Source: Halocafeteria seosinensis (lineage: Eukaryota). From it: 55,899 nt of DNA. Below are positions 1-11,504 of the stretch, one piece after another. How positions within the stretch are numbered: position 1 is the stretch's first letter; every line of letters begins with the position of its first letter. The stretch is taken from NCBI GenBank assembly GCA_001687465.1, contig LVLI01000283.1, positions 1-55,899 of the forward strand. The letters are read 5' to 3'. Made by a program: the position numbers and the translations under genes. The notes under the pieces are model-generated. The model did not search any database. It saw nothing but the letters and a program-made list of their open reading frames with translations, and was not told where the DNA came from.

Positions 1-99
1 CCTCCGACGCTGAATACTCTTTCCGGTATAGCAGAACAAGCAGGGAATGGGATCAGGAGCTTGACAGCCCCGCTAAGCAACGGCAGATGCGCTAATTCT

Positions 100-620
100 T
101 GCTTGCATTCTTCGAAAACCGGGCTCGCTTTATGTAATTCCACCGCTCAACATCGAAGTGATCATGGAAGTTGGAGGTAGACAAATAAGCCCCTGGTTAG
201 ACTCAGACTTTTCAGGTATAGGAGCGTACAAATCATCCACAGACAGACCGCAAGGGGTTTCGTTTTGGCGAGCCCAGTAAGATGTAATGAAAGACTTCAA
301 GATCTTGGGTGTTGTTGACCCTTTCCAATAGTCGCCGTGTCTCTGCTTCATTATTGTTGGCAGTTAGGGTATTTCGCCTTTCAATGCTCGCTTGACTGGT
401 TGGCATCCACGCTTGGTAGCCGAAAAAAGCGACCCTGTTTCACTCTCAGCTAGACTGCACCACAAGTGCATCGTCTGAACCCTTAAATGGGCCACTGAAG
501 CATCTCCATACGTCTGACTTTCGCATCCTATTGGCAGATACTTGGACCTGGCACTGATATATCTTCTGCGGATGCTCGTATATCGTTCCACGGGGCTATA
601 TCCTGCAATTTCCAAGTCTA
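100..620 (+). mobile_element. Possible highly decayed non-LTR (LINE) retroelement RT fragment
   Basis: Stop- and frameshift-broken peptides SSKTGLALCN (~109-138), DFKILGVV (293-316) and SYIVPRGYILQ (~577-609). They occur in the order of the LINE RT motifs GLxxNxxK, (F/Y)KYLG and the downstream PxxxY region. Motif-level resemblance only. Confidence 0.2.
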
Positions 621-645
621 ATATTCGGCATTTGAGTTTTGCCAA

Positions 646-735
646 TTGGGCACACCCTCGACCCCCGTGCCCGTGTGCCGCGCCGCGGCGCGGCACAGGG
701 GGGGTCGTGCCTCGTGCCGGCACGGTGTGCCCCAA
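646..735. repeat. GC-rich nested inverted-repeat element (MITE/transposon-end-like or cruciform)
   Basis: Perfect 24-bp palindrome TGTGCCGCGCCG|CGGCGCGGCACA (674-697) and 12-bp palindrome CGTGCCGGCACG (713-724). Arms CGACCCC/GGGGTCG and outer arms GGGCACACC (648-656)/GGTGTGCCC (724-732). Eight GTGCC/GGCAC pentamers in 90 bp. Confidence 0.8.
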
Positions 736-974
736 CACTGCGGGGGTCCAAGGTACCCGACGGAAAGATTGCGTTCTGTGCAGACGCAAACAAAGGGAAA
801 TGCGGCGGGCGCCCGTGGCCTGTAGGCTATAGTGGCGTTGTCTTGCTAGACTCTTATAGCTAAGGAAGCTACTGCACTCCCCTCCACAGTGTGAGTGTAA
901 AAGTAAATAATTGTTCTTCTGTTTGTTGGGAGAGATTTCTGTCTGGTGCTCGTACACATCCGGAAACGAAAGAG

Positions 975-3900
975 ATGTCGTTTTCTTGGGAGCAGTCTCC
1001 CTTTGATGAGGCCACGGGAGAAGGTAATGGACACCCATTTACGCCTCATTTTGTGTCGTCTCGTCACTGCAAAGAAGAATGCATGCAGATGATCCCTCTC
1101 GGACGGTGATGGAAAAGTACATACAAACGCTGAAGAACCATGCCGCCGGCTGCTTTGATGCGCAACAGAAGCTATACCCGGGACCAGCACCTTTCCATCC
1201 CTCATCTGTACGCATTCACTTGTTCATCATTACTAATGTCATTCTACGCTGTTCAATCTGTGATGCTGTGGGTTGCTGCAGAATGGAAGTGTATCTATTG
1301 AAGCGACCCATGAAGAGCATGTTCACCTTCAAGAACTGGTCCGCACGGATGATGCGTTATTTGATCGAATCATCATTATTTTTGCCTCTCTGTGCGATGA
1401 AATGGATCAGTTGGCGAACGCAGCTCATCAGAAATATTTTCCCACGTTGGCCGTCTTTGGAACCAGTTTCGACAAAACGGCAGCCGACGCCAAGGACTCT
1501 GCCGAAATGCGTATTTCAAGAATGTTGCCATGGCTTCAAGGCCTCAGCAATTATATCGAACGGTGTTGTGATGTAGTTGCTAATGCTGGTACGTACTTAA
1601 CATTGTCACGCGTCCAAGACAATGAAGATTAATTTGTCTCTCTCTCTCTCTCTCTCTCCCCTTGTTCAGTTCATCAACTCGCAGCGCTAGCTGTCCACTA
1701 CCGGGGAATCAAGATGTTCACCGTATACGAACGGCTAGCTCGGTTACTGCGCTGTTTACTGACGATCGATAAACTTGTGGCATCGAATGACGAGCTGAAG
1801 CGTTCGTGGGAACTTTTCAAACGCCTGGAAGTCCCTTCATACTCCAATGACGGTGATGAAGACCGCCGAATGTTTGAAGCCATGTTGGCACGTCTAGATC
1901 GAGATGTCTTTTCCGCTAATGCGTTCCACAAATGCATTGACCAGGAATTTGATGAAGTCGAACATGGCTGTAACGGACAAGGGGAGCGATTACAGCCTCT
2001 CCAAGACAGCAGCGAGTTCATTCGTTCATTTGGGAATCTTTTGGAGAGGTTTACCGACATAGTAGCCGATAACCTACAGAGGACTCGCCTGTCGAGTTTG
2101 GAATCATGTAGCTACGTTGAACTGTGTGTACTGTACGCGCTGTTCCGAAAGATCTTACCACCGGCGTTGCGCCCCGACATTGATTTCTATAAGAAACTCT
2201 GGAAGCTCCAGGAGCGTGAGCCTTTAACGTCTCTATATGGTAACGCCACAGTTCAGGCTGGGAAAATTCTCGAACGGTATACGTCCACTCCAAACGTCAA
2301 GAGACTTACTCCTCGTGATTTGAATGAAGCTTGCCAAAACGCGCTTACAGTCTTCACGAACAATTTCCCTTCAGTGGTTCAGGGATTTACGAATCAGTCT
2401 TTCCAATTATGCACGCAGATGAATGACGCAGCCACATCTTTGGAGAGTTCAGAAGATAAAGCTTTTCAGAGGTGCCAGGAACTTGCCCGGGTGCAACAAG
2501 AATTTTTGCTCATGTGTCATCGAGGTTCTGGTTTACTGCATCAATTTTTCAACCTTCATATTTTTAATGAGAAAGCTATAGGACGGAAATCTATTCCTCC
2601 CGTACTGCGTCTGGTAGAAGCGCTCAAGGGTCTCGAAAATTCTGCCGCACGAGTGTCGACTGTCCTCTCGGAGCAGCTCACGGTTTTTGTTCCAGATCTA
2701 CTATCGCGTACTCTTGTTTCCGTGCTTGAAAAGCTCCGTTTGTCGGTCGCTAAGTCCAATGATCAGAATGAGGAAGGGAAATTGACGGCTAATTCTCAGA
2801 AGTTACTACAGTTGCTTTGTAAAGGGACTCAATCTTGGAGCTCCATACGATCCGTCATACTACAACTTGGATATGGCGTCTTACTCCGTCCCAAGAATCA
2901 AATCAGGGATGCCGACTCCGTCAAACAGCTTCGCAAGTGTGATGAATACGTCAACCTTGTTAAGTCAATTCCAACATTTTGGCAGAATGTCCGTCGGTAT
3001 TGCGACTGCACAGTTATGTTTTGGGCGAGGGATATTTACCCCTCCTTGCTTCAACATGCTGCCTTTTCCGTTGATAGTGGTCGCGGTGGCGCTCTGCCAT
3101 CTTTACTTCAGGCGTTCAATGACGTTTATCTAACCCTGCAACGCAATATGGGTGACGAAATCGAGGACTCAGGTGATCTATCTAACGAAGATAAAGCGAC
3201 AGCTTCCGACCGTTTTGTTAGCTCCATCAAACGATATCTAAGGAGCGAAGTGTACCAGCCTCTGGCGTTGTCTATAGAAAATGATCTCCGCCGAAACGTT
3301 GCTGCAACGAACTTGAGTCATATGGAACTCCAGAACCCAAAGAACTGTGAAGATGAACGTGTTAAGGCTGGGTCACGTTTGCTGGCGCTGCCCTGTATGT
3401 ATATCGGAGATGAGCGCATCAATATCAATGCCATTGTTTCGGAAATGCTGGAAAGGTCTTTCTATGAGCTGACAACTCTGTTTGTCCATGACTGGAAGAC
3501 CTATGGTGAGATGGAGGCGCTGGTCCGATCTCGATACAACCTCCAGCTTGTGGATCATCAACTTCCAATGGGTAGCCTCCGTTCTCACCAGAACCTTGAT
3601 ATCCTTCAAATCCTCCGCAATATTGATTTATTTGCAGCAAAGTACAACTACAATATGCATACGCAGGTGTTCTTGCAAAAACGAGCATCCGATAAAGAGA
3701 AATTCCTTCACGCAGTCTCCATTGATAGTATCGCGGCAAGCATCCGTCAGCATGGTACTGGCATCGTAAACACGGCGGTCAACTATGCGCACAAGAAATA
3801 TTTGGGCAAAAAGTTTTACCTCTTTCAGCGCTTCTTAGCGGACGAATACATCAAGAGCCATCTGTCGAAAGAGAAGCGGTGGTTTAAAAAGAACAAGAGC

Positions 3901-5069
3901 CAGTGTAACAGTCGCTATCCATGGAGCCATGCGGAAGAAACCCTGAAAGAAATTAAGAAGCTCTCCGACCAAACCGCTGACGATAACAGAGAACGCTCCG
4001 GTGCCAACAAGAATCAGTCTCATCTTGATCTTTTCAGGCTTGTCATCAGTCGCATGGGAAACGCTCTGGGATATGTTCGTATGGTGCGATCTGCAGCCAT
4101 GCATCATGCTTCAGCCGCAGTATCGTTTGTACCGGATATCCAAGACCGGATTTATTTTGAGGAACTTGTCTCCGGAAAGCCAATCTATGATGATGTCGGA
4201 TTCGATGATTCCGACGACGAAGAGCAGCAAAAGGACGAAGATGATAATTTTCCAGGTCTTTCCACTACTACGGCCGAAGCAGCAAAGACAACGGACGACG
4301 TGATAAGCAATTTGCTACAAAACTTTAGTGAAAGTGTTAACTACTTCAAGCTCATGGTGGACATGTTCCGCAACACAGTGTCGAGAGCGCTGGAGCATGA
4401 AGCAAACAAAGACATTGGAGAGACAGGGGAAGGGAATACGCGGAGAAAAAAGCGGAAGAAACAAGATGACTACCTCCGCAATTTTTTCATGATAGTCCCT
4501 TCCCTCACTATAAGCTATATAAACGCGCTACGTGGCGCCAAAGACCGATTGGACAAACCGCAGAAGCGAGATGGGGCCTACTTCTCGGACGACGGCTTTT
4601 CGATGGGAATTGCGTTCGTCCTAACAGTACTTGGCCAGAACCGGGTATGGCTTTGCTCTCATCTTCGCTGACATTCTGTTTATGAGTAAATATTTGCGCG
4701 TGTCTGTGTTAATGTATGCAGGCGTTCGACTCTCTGCATTGGTTTGAAGAGGTGGCGGCTCACTTCCAGCAGGAACGGCAGCGCTTACAACGCAGAAGAG
4801 AGGAGGTCAAAAAAGCTCAAGACAAGGATGAAATCAATCTCAGCGAACGACGCGTCAACCAGCTAGACGCAGAATTCACCACCCTACACCATTCCTTCTC
4901 GGCAGCTCGCCTCTTCTTCCGAAGCCAAGAGGGCTACGCGGATGACAGCGTCAACAAGCCGTGGTCCTTGAAGAATCAGGACTTCGAGGAGGCTGACGAT
5001 GCTTCTGTAACTACCGGTGCCGCCAGAAGCGTCATGACAAGTAGAATGGGTGAAGGATCTGGTGTGTAA
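975..5069 (+). CDS. WASHC4: WASH complex subunit 4 (SWIP/KIAA1033), 5 exons
   Basis: GT-AG introns 1024-1088, 1208-1281, 1589-1669 and 4645-4721 join the ORFs in frame. Family motifs: RCCDVVANAVHQLAAL, IENDLR, DWKTYGEM, LDILQILRNI..F..KYNYN, SIRQHGTGIVNTAVNY, MGNALGYVRMVRS, FSDDGFSMGIAFVL, FDSLHWF. Confidence 0.93.
1637..1658. repeat. (TC)11 microsatellite in WASHC4 intron 3 polypyrimidine tract
   Basis: Read directly from the sequence. Confidence 0.9.
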
Positions 5070-5176
5070 ATGAACAGAGGCAAATACAACCTACCGAAAA
5101 GAAATATAACGAGACACCACTGAATGAACAGAACAGTAGACTCTCGAGCGTTGCTATTCATGTTGGTATACTCTTA

Positions 5177-5578
5177 ATGGGAAGTTCGACATTTACATAC
5201 TGTAGTTATTGTTATCTCGATTTGGATTTAAATAATATAGATTATTATAATGCTTTGGAAACTTTAATCAAAAATGATTGGTGGGACATTTTTAACATTA
5301 TTTTCGAAAAAATAAACAAAACCAATCTTTGGAACTCATTCATTGAACAGATCTTCAAAATTTTTCTCAAGTATAAATCTCTAACTCGTTGCAAACATTT
5401 TTACGAACTTGAATCAAAGCAATGTATAATTGTAGCAAGTTGGTCAAACAACGTCGAGAAGAGTGCTTATGGGGTCAGGCGTTGGCCGATGCCATTGTCT
5501 AAAAAGCTATACACGTGTGATTTACAGTCCGTGCGAACTTTGTCGGTCTTTTTGTCCAGAAAGCTATTACACGTGTGA
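5177..5578 (+). other. AT-rich island with ORF of unknown origin (possible foreign DNA fragment)
   Basis: Hand count gives 60 G+C in 240 nt (25%) for 5191-5430, clearly lower than the flanking genes. The frame stays open and encodes an N/I/K/F-rich peptide (YCSYCYLDL...NALETLIKNDWWDIFNIIFEKINK). Confidence 0.4.
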
Positions 5579-5604
5579 TTTAGTCCCTCTGAACTTTGTC
5601 CGTC
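5495..5604. repeat. Imperfect 2-copy tandem repeat, period 57 bp
   Basis: TTGTCTAAAAAGCTATACACGTGTGATTTACAGTCCGTGCGAACTTTGTCGGTC (5495-5548) vs TTGTCCAGAAAGCTATTACACGTGTGATTTAGTCCCTCTGAACTTTGTCCGTC (5552-5604). Confidence 0.8.
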
Positions 5605-6119
5605 CACCGGGTTCACTGCAGCTCAGGGCAGTACAGTATATCCGTGTCCGTGGCTCGCCACACATTGTGTCTCATAACTTTATGATAAAGCCATGCCATA
5701 GAGATTAATAGTTGTAGCCATTTGTCTTACTATCAAGTAAGAAAGCTGGTCGGCCTTGTGTATCCTTCCACACTGTGTGTGGCACACTCACACGCAACAA
5801 CAACTGGTTGTACAACGTGAAGTTGTAGGTGTCGGTCTGAATGGCTCTGTCTGTGGCCACGAGCGAGGACAAAGGGGGGCCTCTTGGGTTGCTAGCACGT
5901 CAAACCACAGCTAAACAAGGTTGTATAGTACAATTGGAACAAAAGATTGTGTTTCTCGCACTTCCCGTGCTTGAAGTTGAGCGAGAAACGGCTCATACTA
6001 GAGAACCCGCCGGACAAACGTCTATATATTGACAATCTGACACGTTGTTCATGCTACGCCGTATAGGTATGCCCCGTGATCGAGGTCGTTTCAAGAACGT
6101 TAAACCTTAGATACCGAAG

Positions 6120-6600
6120 CCACCCGCATTGATAATTTGACCGCACCTTTAAGTCCCGCATACAGTAGTGCGTGTGTGGAGGGAGTCTCTGGGCCAGCGT
6201 CCGGAAAGCAACACTTAAAGCAGGATTCAAGAGATACTAGGTGCGTTGCTCATACCCGAAGAAAAGCGCCGCGTGGCTAGTGTCTTGCGGGCATCCATAC
6301 CTGGTAGTTTTTGTGTTGAAGGTTCGGGTTGTAGAGTGTTCCCTTTAAGATACGTCCAGACTTTCGTACCCCGTTGCAACAACAAGTAGTGCCACGGTCC
6401 TTTGGAGTGAAGTAGAAGCATTGTATTTTGCTCCCTATGGTAGCGCGTGACATCATGGGTCCAAACTGTCTGATCTGAATCCTTGTGAAACCTGATGCTG
6501 GTGCGGTTTTACGGCATGTGAGAGATGAGGTTGCTTGTTCGCCAGGGGTGGAACATTCAGTTCCCATAGTATATACGTTCATTGGTGTCTAATTTTCCAC
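6120..6600 (-). pseudogene. Degenerate reading frame, possibly the 3' part of a LINE ORF2
   Basis: Long minus-strand frame interrupted by stops and shifts. It ends in SCFKCCFPDAGPETPSTHALLY, which resembles the CxxC...ETxxH zinc knuckle of non-LTR elements. Confidence 0.2.
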
Positions 6601-6967
6601 GCCGTATTCCGCTAAGGATGCGCGGGGCTCTGGCGGTTTGCCTGTTATTGAGGGAGGATTGCCTTGAAGCTGCCTGGTTGTAGTTACCTGGGAACGATTC
6701 TTATCGTACCACATTTGTTCACCTGGTTAAATGAGTTGTTTTTTGTGTTGCAGAGTCAACTAAGAGCTGTGTTTGTGTCTTTCCATGAGTGAAAATACAG
6801 CGTCTGCTTGTGGATCATCGAGAGGCTCATTGCATTTCAAATATCCAGTGCTGATTGGAGGGCTGAACGACCGCGATATTAGGCATAACCAACAGGTCTT
6901 TACCGCAACAACTGGAACGCACGAGATTTGGATATCATCATCGAAACAGCAAGAGACAAACAGCGCC

Positions 6968-9652
6968 ATGGGGAAGAATAAAAAACAACAAAAGAAGCAG
7001 AGACAAACGCAGTCACAGAGACAGGGGCCCCATCCTCCAGTAGCCCGTGCAGGCGCAGGCAGCAGTGTTACGGCTATGGCTGCCAATGTGATGGAAACAA
7101 CATCCGCTTTGACGACAAGCCCTACCTCTACTGGCCAAGTGAATGAAAGTGGCTTTAACGGGACCAATCCTGCATTGGGTGCAAACGGAAACGAGGCTAG
7201 CGCTGCATCTTCCGTGAACGAGAGCGAGGAAGGCAACCCACAAAGCAATAGGAGGGAGAAAGAAGTCGCTGGTAGCGAGCCAACTTCAACCAATGAAACG
7301 GATGTCCATGCTGAAACTACAACCAATGGATTGAATGCGCGAGAAGAGCATACCGAATTCCGCTACGAGCGATCGACCTCCAGCCTCGTGAACATTACAC
7401 GAACAGAGGTGACTACCCGCTCTGTTTCTTCCCATCAGGAGACGGAAACTAGTGAGCAGAATACGAATGTGCCTTACCTATCCAAAGAAGCCACTGCAAG
7501 GTTGGTCCAGCAAGCGAAGATGGCTGACAACCAGTCCAACGAGAGGAAGAAGATTCGAGCAAAGAGTGATGAACAAGTTAACACGACCTCAAATCGCAAC
7601 CAAAACTCGCATCAATCCCGTGAGCAGTTTGACTATTACAAGAAGGCGAAAGCCGATACTGTAATTCCACCAGCGGGACACCGAAGACGGAGTTTTAAAG
7701 GCTCGTCAAGACGCATGAGCCAAATGAGCCAGGAGCAACCAGAAGGCATTGAGCTTGGCCCCCCAGAAGGGGTGGAGATGGAACACGTAATGAAAGACGA
7801 AAAGGAAGATTATTTTATGAATGAGCACCCAGCCATGGTATCTGGGGCCTTGAGTGAGCCGGGAGATACCGCTAAGGTGCTTGCAGAATCCAGGCAAGAG
7901 GACAAAGTTGCTGATACTGCAGTGCCAAGTAACAAAACTGTTATGAATGACCTCGGGGTAGACACCGGGAATCTATCGCACGAGCAGGGTAGGTGAAGTG
8001 TGAAGTTACGGTCCGGTGTACAACTGCTTACAACTATATAACTTGCTCGTTTTGGCTTCTTCTTCCAGGATTCTCTCCCGATTCGTCAAGTGGAAACCCT
8101 CGGAGCACCTACGTTAACCCTCATCTACTTAAACTTTACGAAGCTGGCCTAGAATATGAAGTACGACTGCTATCCTCTGAAGGCGGCTCAGTAAAAGTCA
8201 TCCACTCTGGTATGTTCCGCAGGCAAGACGTAGGAAGATGGCACAGGAGTTGGGTAAAGAGTACACATTTTCTCCTCAGACTAACACGCGAAAGAACCGT
8301 GACGAGGCCCATACTTCCCCCGAACAGACATCTCAGCGGCTATACTCCCAGGCCAAGGAATTGCAAGTGAAACGCAATTACGCTCGCCCTGAAGAAACGA
8401 CTTATAGATTCTCCCCGCAAATCAATCGAGAAGGCGCAAAGTATAAAAAACTAGCTGAGCAGCGAAAAGGGAAGGCTATACACGACCATTTGTACTCTGA
8501 AGTAAGCTATTCATACGTACTGGATGTCTTTTTGTTTATATACTCGGTGCTGCAATCAATCCCTTCCTCAGGCTAAGAGTCAACGCGAACGTTTAGAGGA
8601 AAAGAAGAAGAGTTATATGATGAAGGAGTGCACATTCGAGCCCGAACTGACCACGAAAGCGTGGAAGAAGAGGTAATACCAAGGAGCACTCCTGTTTGTC
8701 CTAGTCAGGACGCAACCTATCTCCTGTTATTTCCCGCAGATTATCCGCCCCGCCGGCTGAGAGACTTCATACCTCTGGAGACGAGAATACTAGCACCAAG
8801 AAGTAAGTGCACCGTCTCAAATAACTCGAACCTCGGCTCTTCGTACCCCTTCCAGTGGGTCTGACAGAAAAGTGGAAGACCCACAATCAAAGGAATGTAC
8901 GTTTCGGCCGAAGATCAACCGAGTCAAGCAGAAAGAAAAACAAGGTATGCAATATGCAATATACTGGACAGACCTCTCTTATTTGAAAGACTTCCCTTTG
9001 TTTTACAGGTGTTCGACCACCTCCAGTGCATGAAAGGCTGTATTCTGAGCATAGCAAGAAGACAGAGGAGATGCTTGAACGGAAAAAGTCCGAAGAAGAG
9101 AAGGCCATGAGGGAATGTACATTCAAGCCGAAGCTTCACCCTCAACCTGCCGGCGCATCCCATTCCGTACTTGACGCTTATACACGCTTGTACGAGCACG
9201 CCAAGGAAAAGCAGCGTCGAGATAGTTCCAGCTCTGTAGAAGCTCACCCCTTTAAGCCTATGATATCTCCGGCCTCAAAGAAAACAGCGCCACGTCGGTC
9301 TGTGGGCGAAGAGAGCCGATGGGAGCAACTTTATCGTGAAGGAAAGCTCAAAGTGCACACCCGAAACACCGACAGTCCGCCGAAAGAGGACATAACAGAC
9401 GATGACCGAGTGAATTGTACATTCCAACCCAACAAATATGGAAACGCGGACTACAGAGTCTCTCATAAGGATCAAAGGTTCATGGAAGAACTTCCGGTGC
9501 ATGATAGGCTGTATCAGCATGCCAGGAACGTTCAAGCAGTCAAAGAGCTAACGTTGTCAGGAGACATGCCGTTCGTGGAACAAGAAGTCTCCGAGCAAAA
9601 CGGGGGTAACACCGTGTCTTCGGCTGAGGAGCAAAGTTTATACTTGATTTAG
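6968..9652 (+). CDS. Uncharacterised protein: low-complexity N-terminus plus ~7 (EC)TFxP...RLY repeats (cytoskeleton-associated-like), about 7 exons
   Basis: GCCATGG start, with an in-frame upstream ATG at 6785 also possible. Short GT-AG introns near 7989-8068, 8161-8223, 8502-8571, 8673-8739, 8803-8867 and 8945-9008. Repeats: YTFSPQTN, YRFSPQIN, ECTFEPEL, ECTFRPKIN, ECTFKPKL, HPFKPMIS, NCTFQPN, mostly paired with RLY/HLY. Confidence 0.75.
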
Positions 9653-9708
9653 TTCTTGGTCTGTGTACATTGGTAACGCTGCTAGGGTAAATACACATGC
9701 TTAGTGTT

Positions 9709-10691
9709 CTATGCTGTGGATCCGCTCGCCCCCGCTGCTGACGCCGCTTGCTGAGAAGCTTCTTCTCTTCCTTTTAACACCTTTTCTGCAGTATTTCGAT
9801 GGGAATGCAACTTATTTCTGGACTCAAATTTTGTTGCATCCGCCTTTCGGAGTTCTGGATCCAGGCACTTTGACAAGATTTCGTAGGGATATTCTCCACG
9901 AACATCGTTCATCGAAGGGGAGAGTTCATCTATTCGGTACCCCATTTTGTCCATATAAAACTTCAAACCTGTAGCAACCAATCCGCCAATTAGAAGGATA
10001 CCCCTACAAAAGAAATCCACGATGGTTACGTACCCGTCGTATTTTCCTTAAACACCGTAAGCATAACCCTGCGTTTCCATCGACATCAGTGTAGGGCATA
10101 ACACGGCAAAACGGAGCATACAACGCACCATTTCATTCCCCATTTTCTTCCAATAAGCTCTATGGTAGACATCATGTGCTTTCCTAGTCCCTTCCTGTGT
10201 ACTTCTTCTTCTAACTGTAGTTCGTACACATACAATACCTCCCAATGTCCTTCGATGATAAACCGGAAATGGACAAATCCCACAGGTTTCCCGTCTTCTT
10301 TGTTACGAGCGATGATGTATCTCGCCGAGTCCTCCATCAATTCTTTGCGTTTTTCAGCATCCGCCCATCCCCAGTGGGCGTTGATGTAGAGCTGCATCAT
10401 GTTCCGCTTGGTCAAGTCCAGAACCCAATCTTTGACTTCATCCTGCATGAGTGCAGGCGCTGAGAACTCGAGTTCAACATCCAGTCCGTTCCGATTGTAC
10501 CGGGCCAATGGAGCGAAGTCAGGTTTGAGTACATTGCGTATTGTAGGCTCATGATGGCTGGTGTCCTTGTCCTTATCGGGGTCCTCGAACATGGCTTGAC
10601 GAACCTTATCCTGTTTGGCCTTCTCCTTCTCTCGTTCCTGAATCCGCTTCGCCTTCTTCTCCTTGGCCTTGTTACTGGTCTTCTTTGGCAT
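9709..10691 (-). CDS. NAA40: N-alpha-acetyltransferase 40 (NatD), 3 exons
   Basis: GNAT motifs LTKRNM..LY...WGW...EKRKEL, VGFVHFRF, VLYVYELQLEEEVHRKGLGK. Introns 10128-10069 and 10033-9969 give GMKWVMLTVFKENTTGLKFY...IDELSPS...YEILSK, so the separate 103-aa ORF is the last exon. Confidence 0.92.
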
Positions 10692-11504
10692 TGTTACGGT
10701 ATGTCTCACCCAGCACTCGGTATAAACATATGGAACGCAACACGTATCGTTGTACAACTCTCGTTACACACACAGAGAGAGACAGAGAGACAGTACCACA
10801 AGGAGCAAAACGACAATAATCTATATGGCGTCGTTCTGTGTGTGTGAAACCACGAACTTGTGTTCCCTCTAGGCTCTTGCCACGTCTATGGTCCTGGAGT
10901 TGGACGATAGGAGGATTCCCAGCCAGGTTCACAAGAAATCCGTCAGCATTTCGACGATTCACTTGAGCCAGGACTGAGATCTTTTTGTCCCCTTTGGCTT
11001 TCCCCGGACTACCAACCGAGACAAACTAGACGATTTGTTTGCTGTTTCCCAGCCTTTGGATGATGCTTTCCCACCCACCCCACAGCACAACTTCAGAACC
11101 ACATGTACTCGTATGGTTGCGGCTCGTAGTATATGTGGCGCAATTGTAGTAGCCAGTGTATAGCGAGGCCCCTTCTGGACCGTGTGGGCATGGACAAGTG
11201 GGGGTGGATCTCCTAGACCATAGCTCAAGGAAGGAACTGACAAAAAACCCCACCCACGCATTAAACTCATTAATTCAGCACACAAAAAGAGGTCCCCCAA
11301 GTGCACAGGAGCGTGAAACGAACACAGAAGCGAGAGAGATCGACTTCTTGCAAATATTGACCTACGATACACATACAGCGCGTGGTGGTCGGCCTGATAC
11401 ACACTTACATACAACAAAGGGTGACGACTTTTTCGTATAGCAAAGGCAACTCGTGCATACTGCAGTATAGTGGGCGTATTGTCGTATTCGAGACAGCAAT
11501 CAGC

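Noticed and set aside
364..1038. 224-aa minus-strand ORF and overlapping short ORFs
   Set aside because: They run through the GC-rich palindrome and antisense to WASHC4 exon 1, with no recognisable protein features.
5495..5604. CRISPR-like array
   Set aside because: Only two adjacent degenerate copies, no unique spacers, no cas genes, and a eukaryotic context.
6760..7326. 188-aa hydrophobic minus-strand ORF
   Set aside because: Antisense shadow of the low-complexity exon of the TFxP-repeat gene.
9709..10020. Stand-alone 103-aa ORF
   Set aside because: It is the last exon of NAA40 plus intron sequence; splicing restores the NatD C-terminal motifs.
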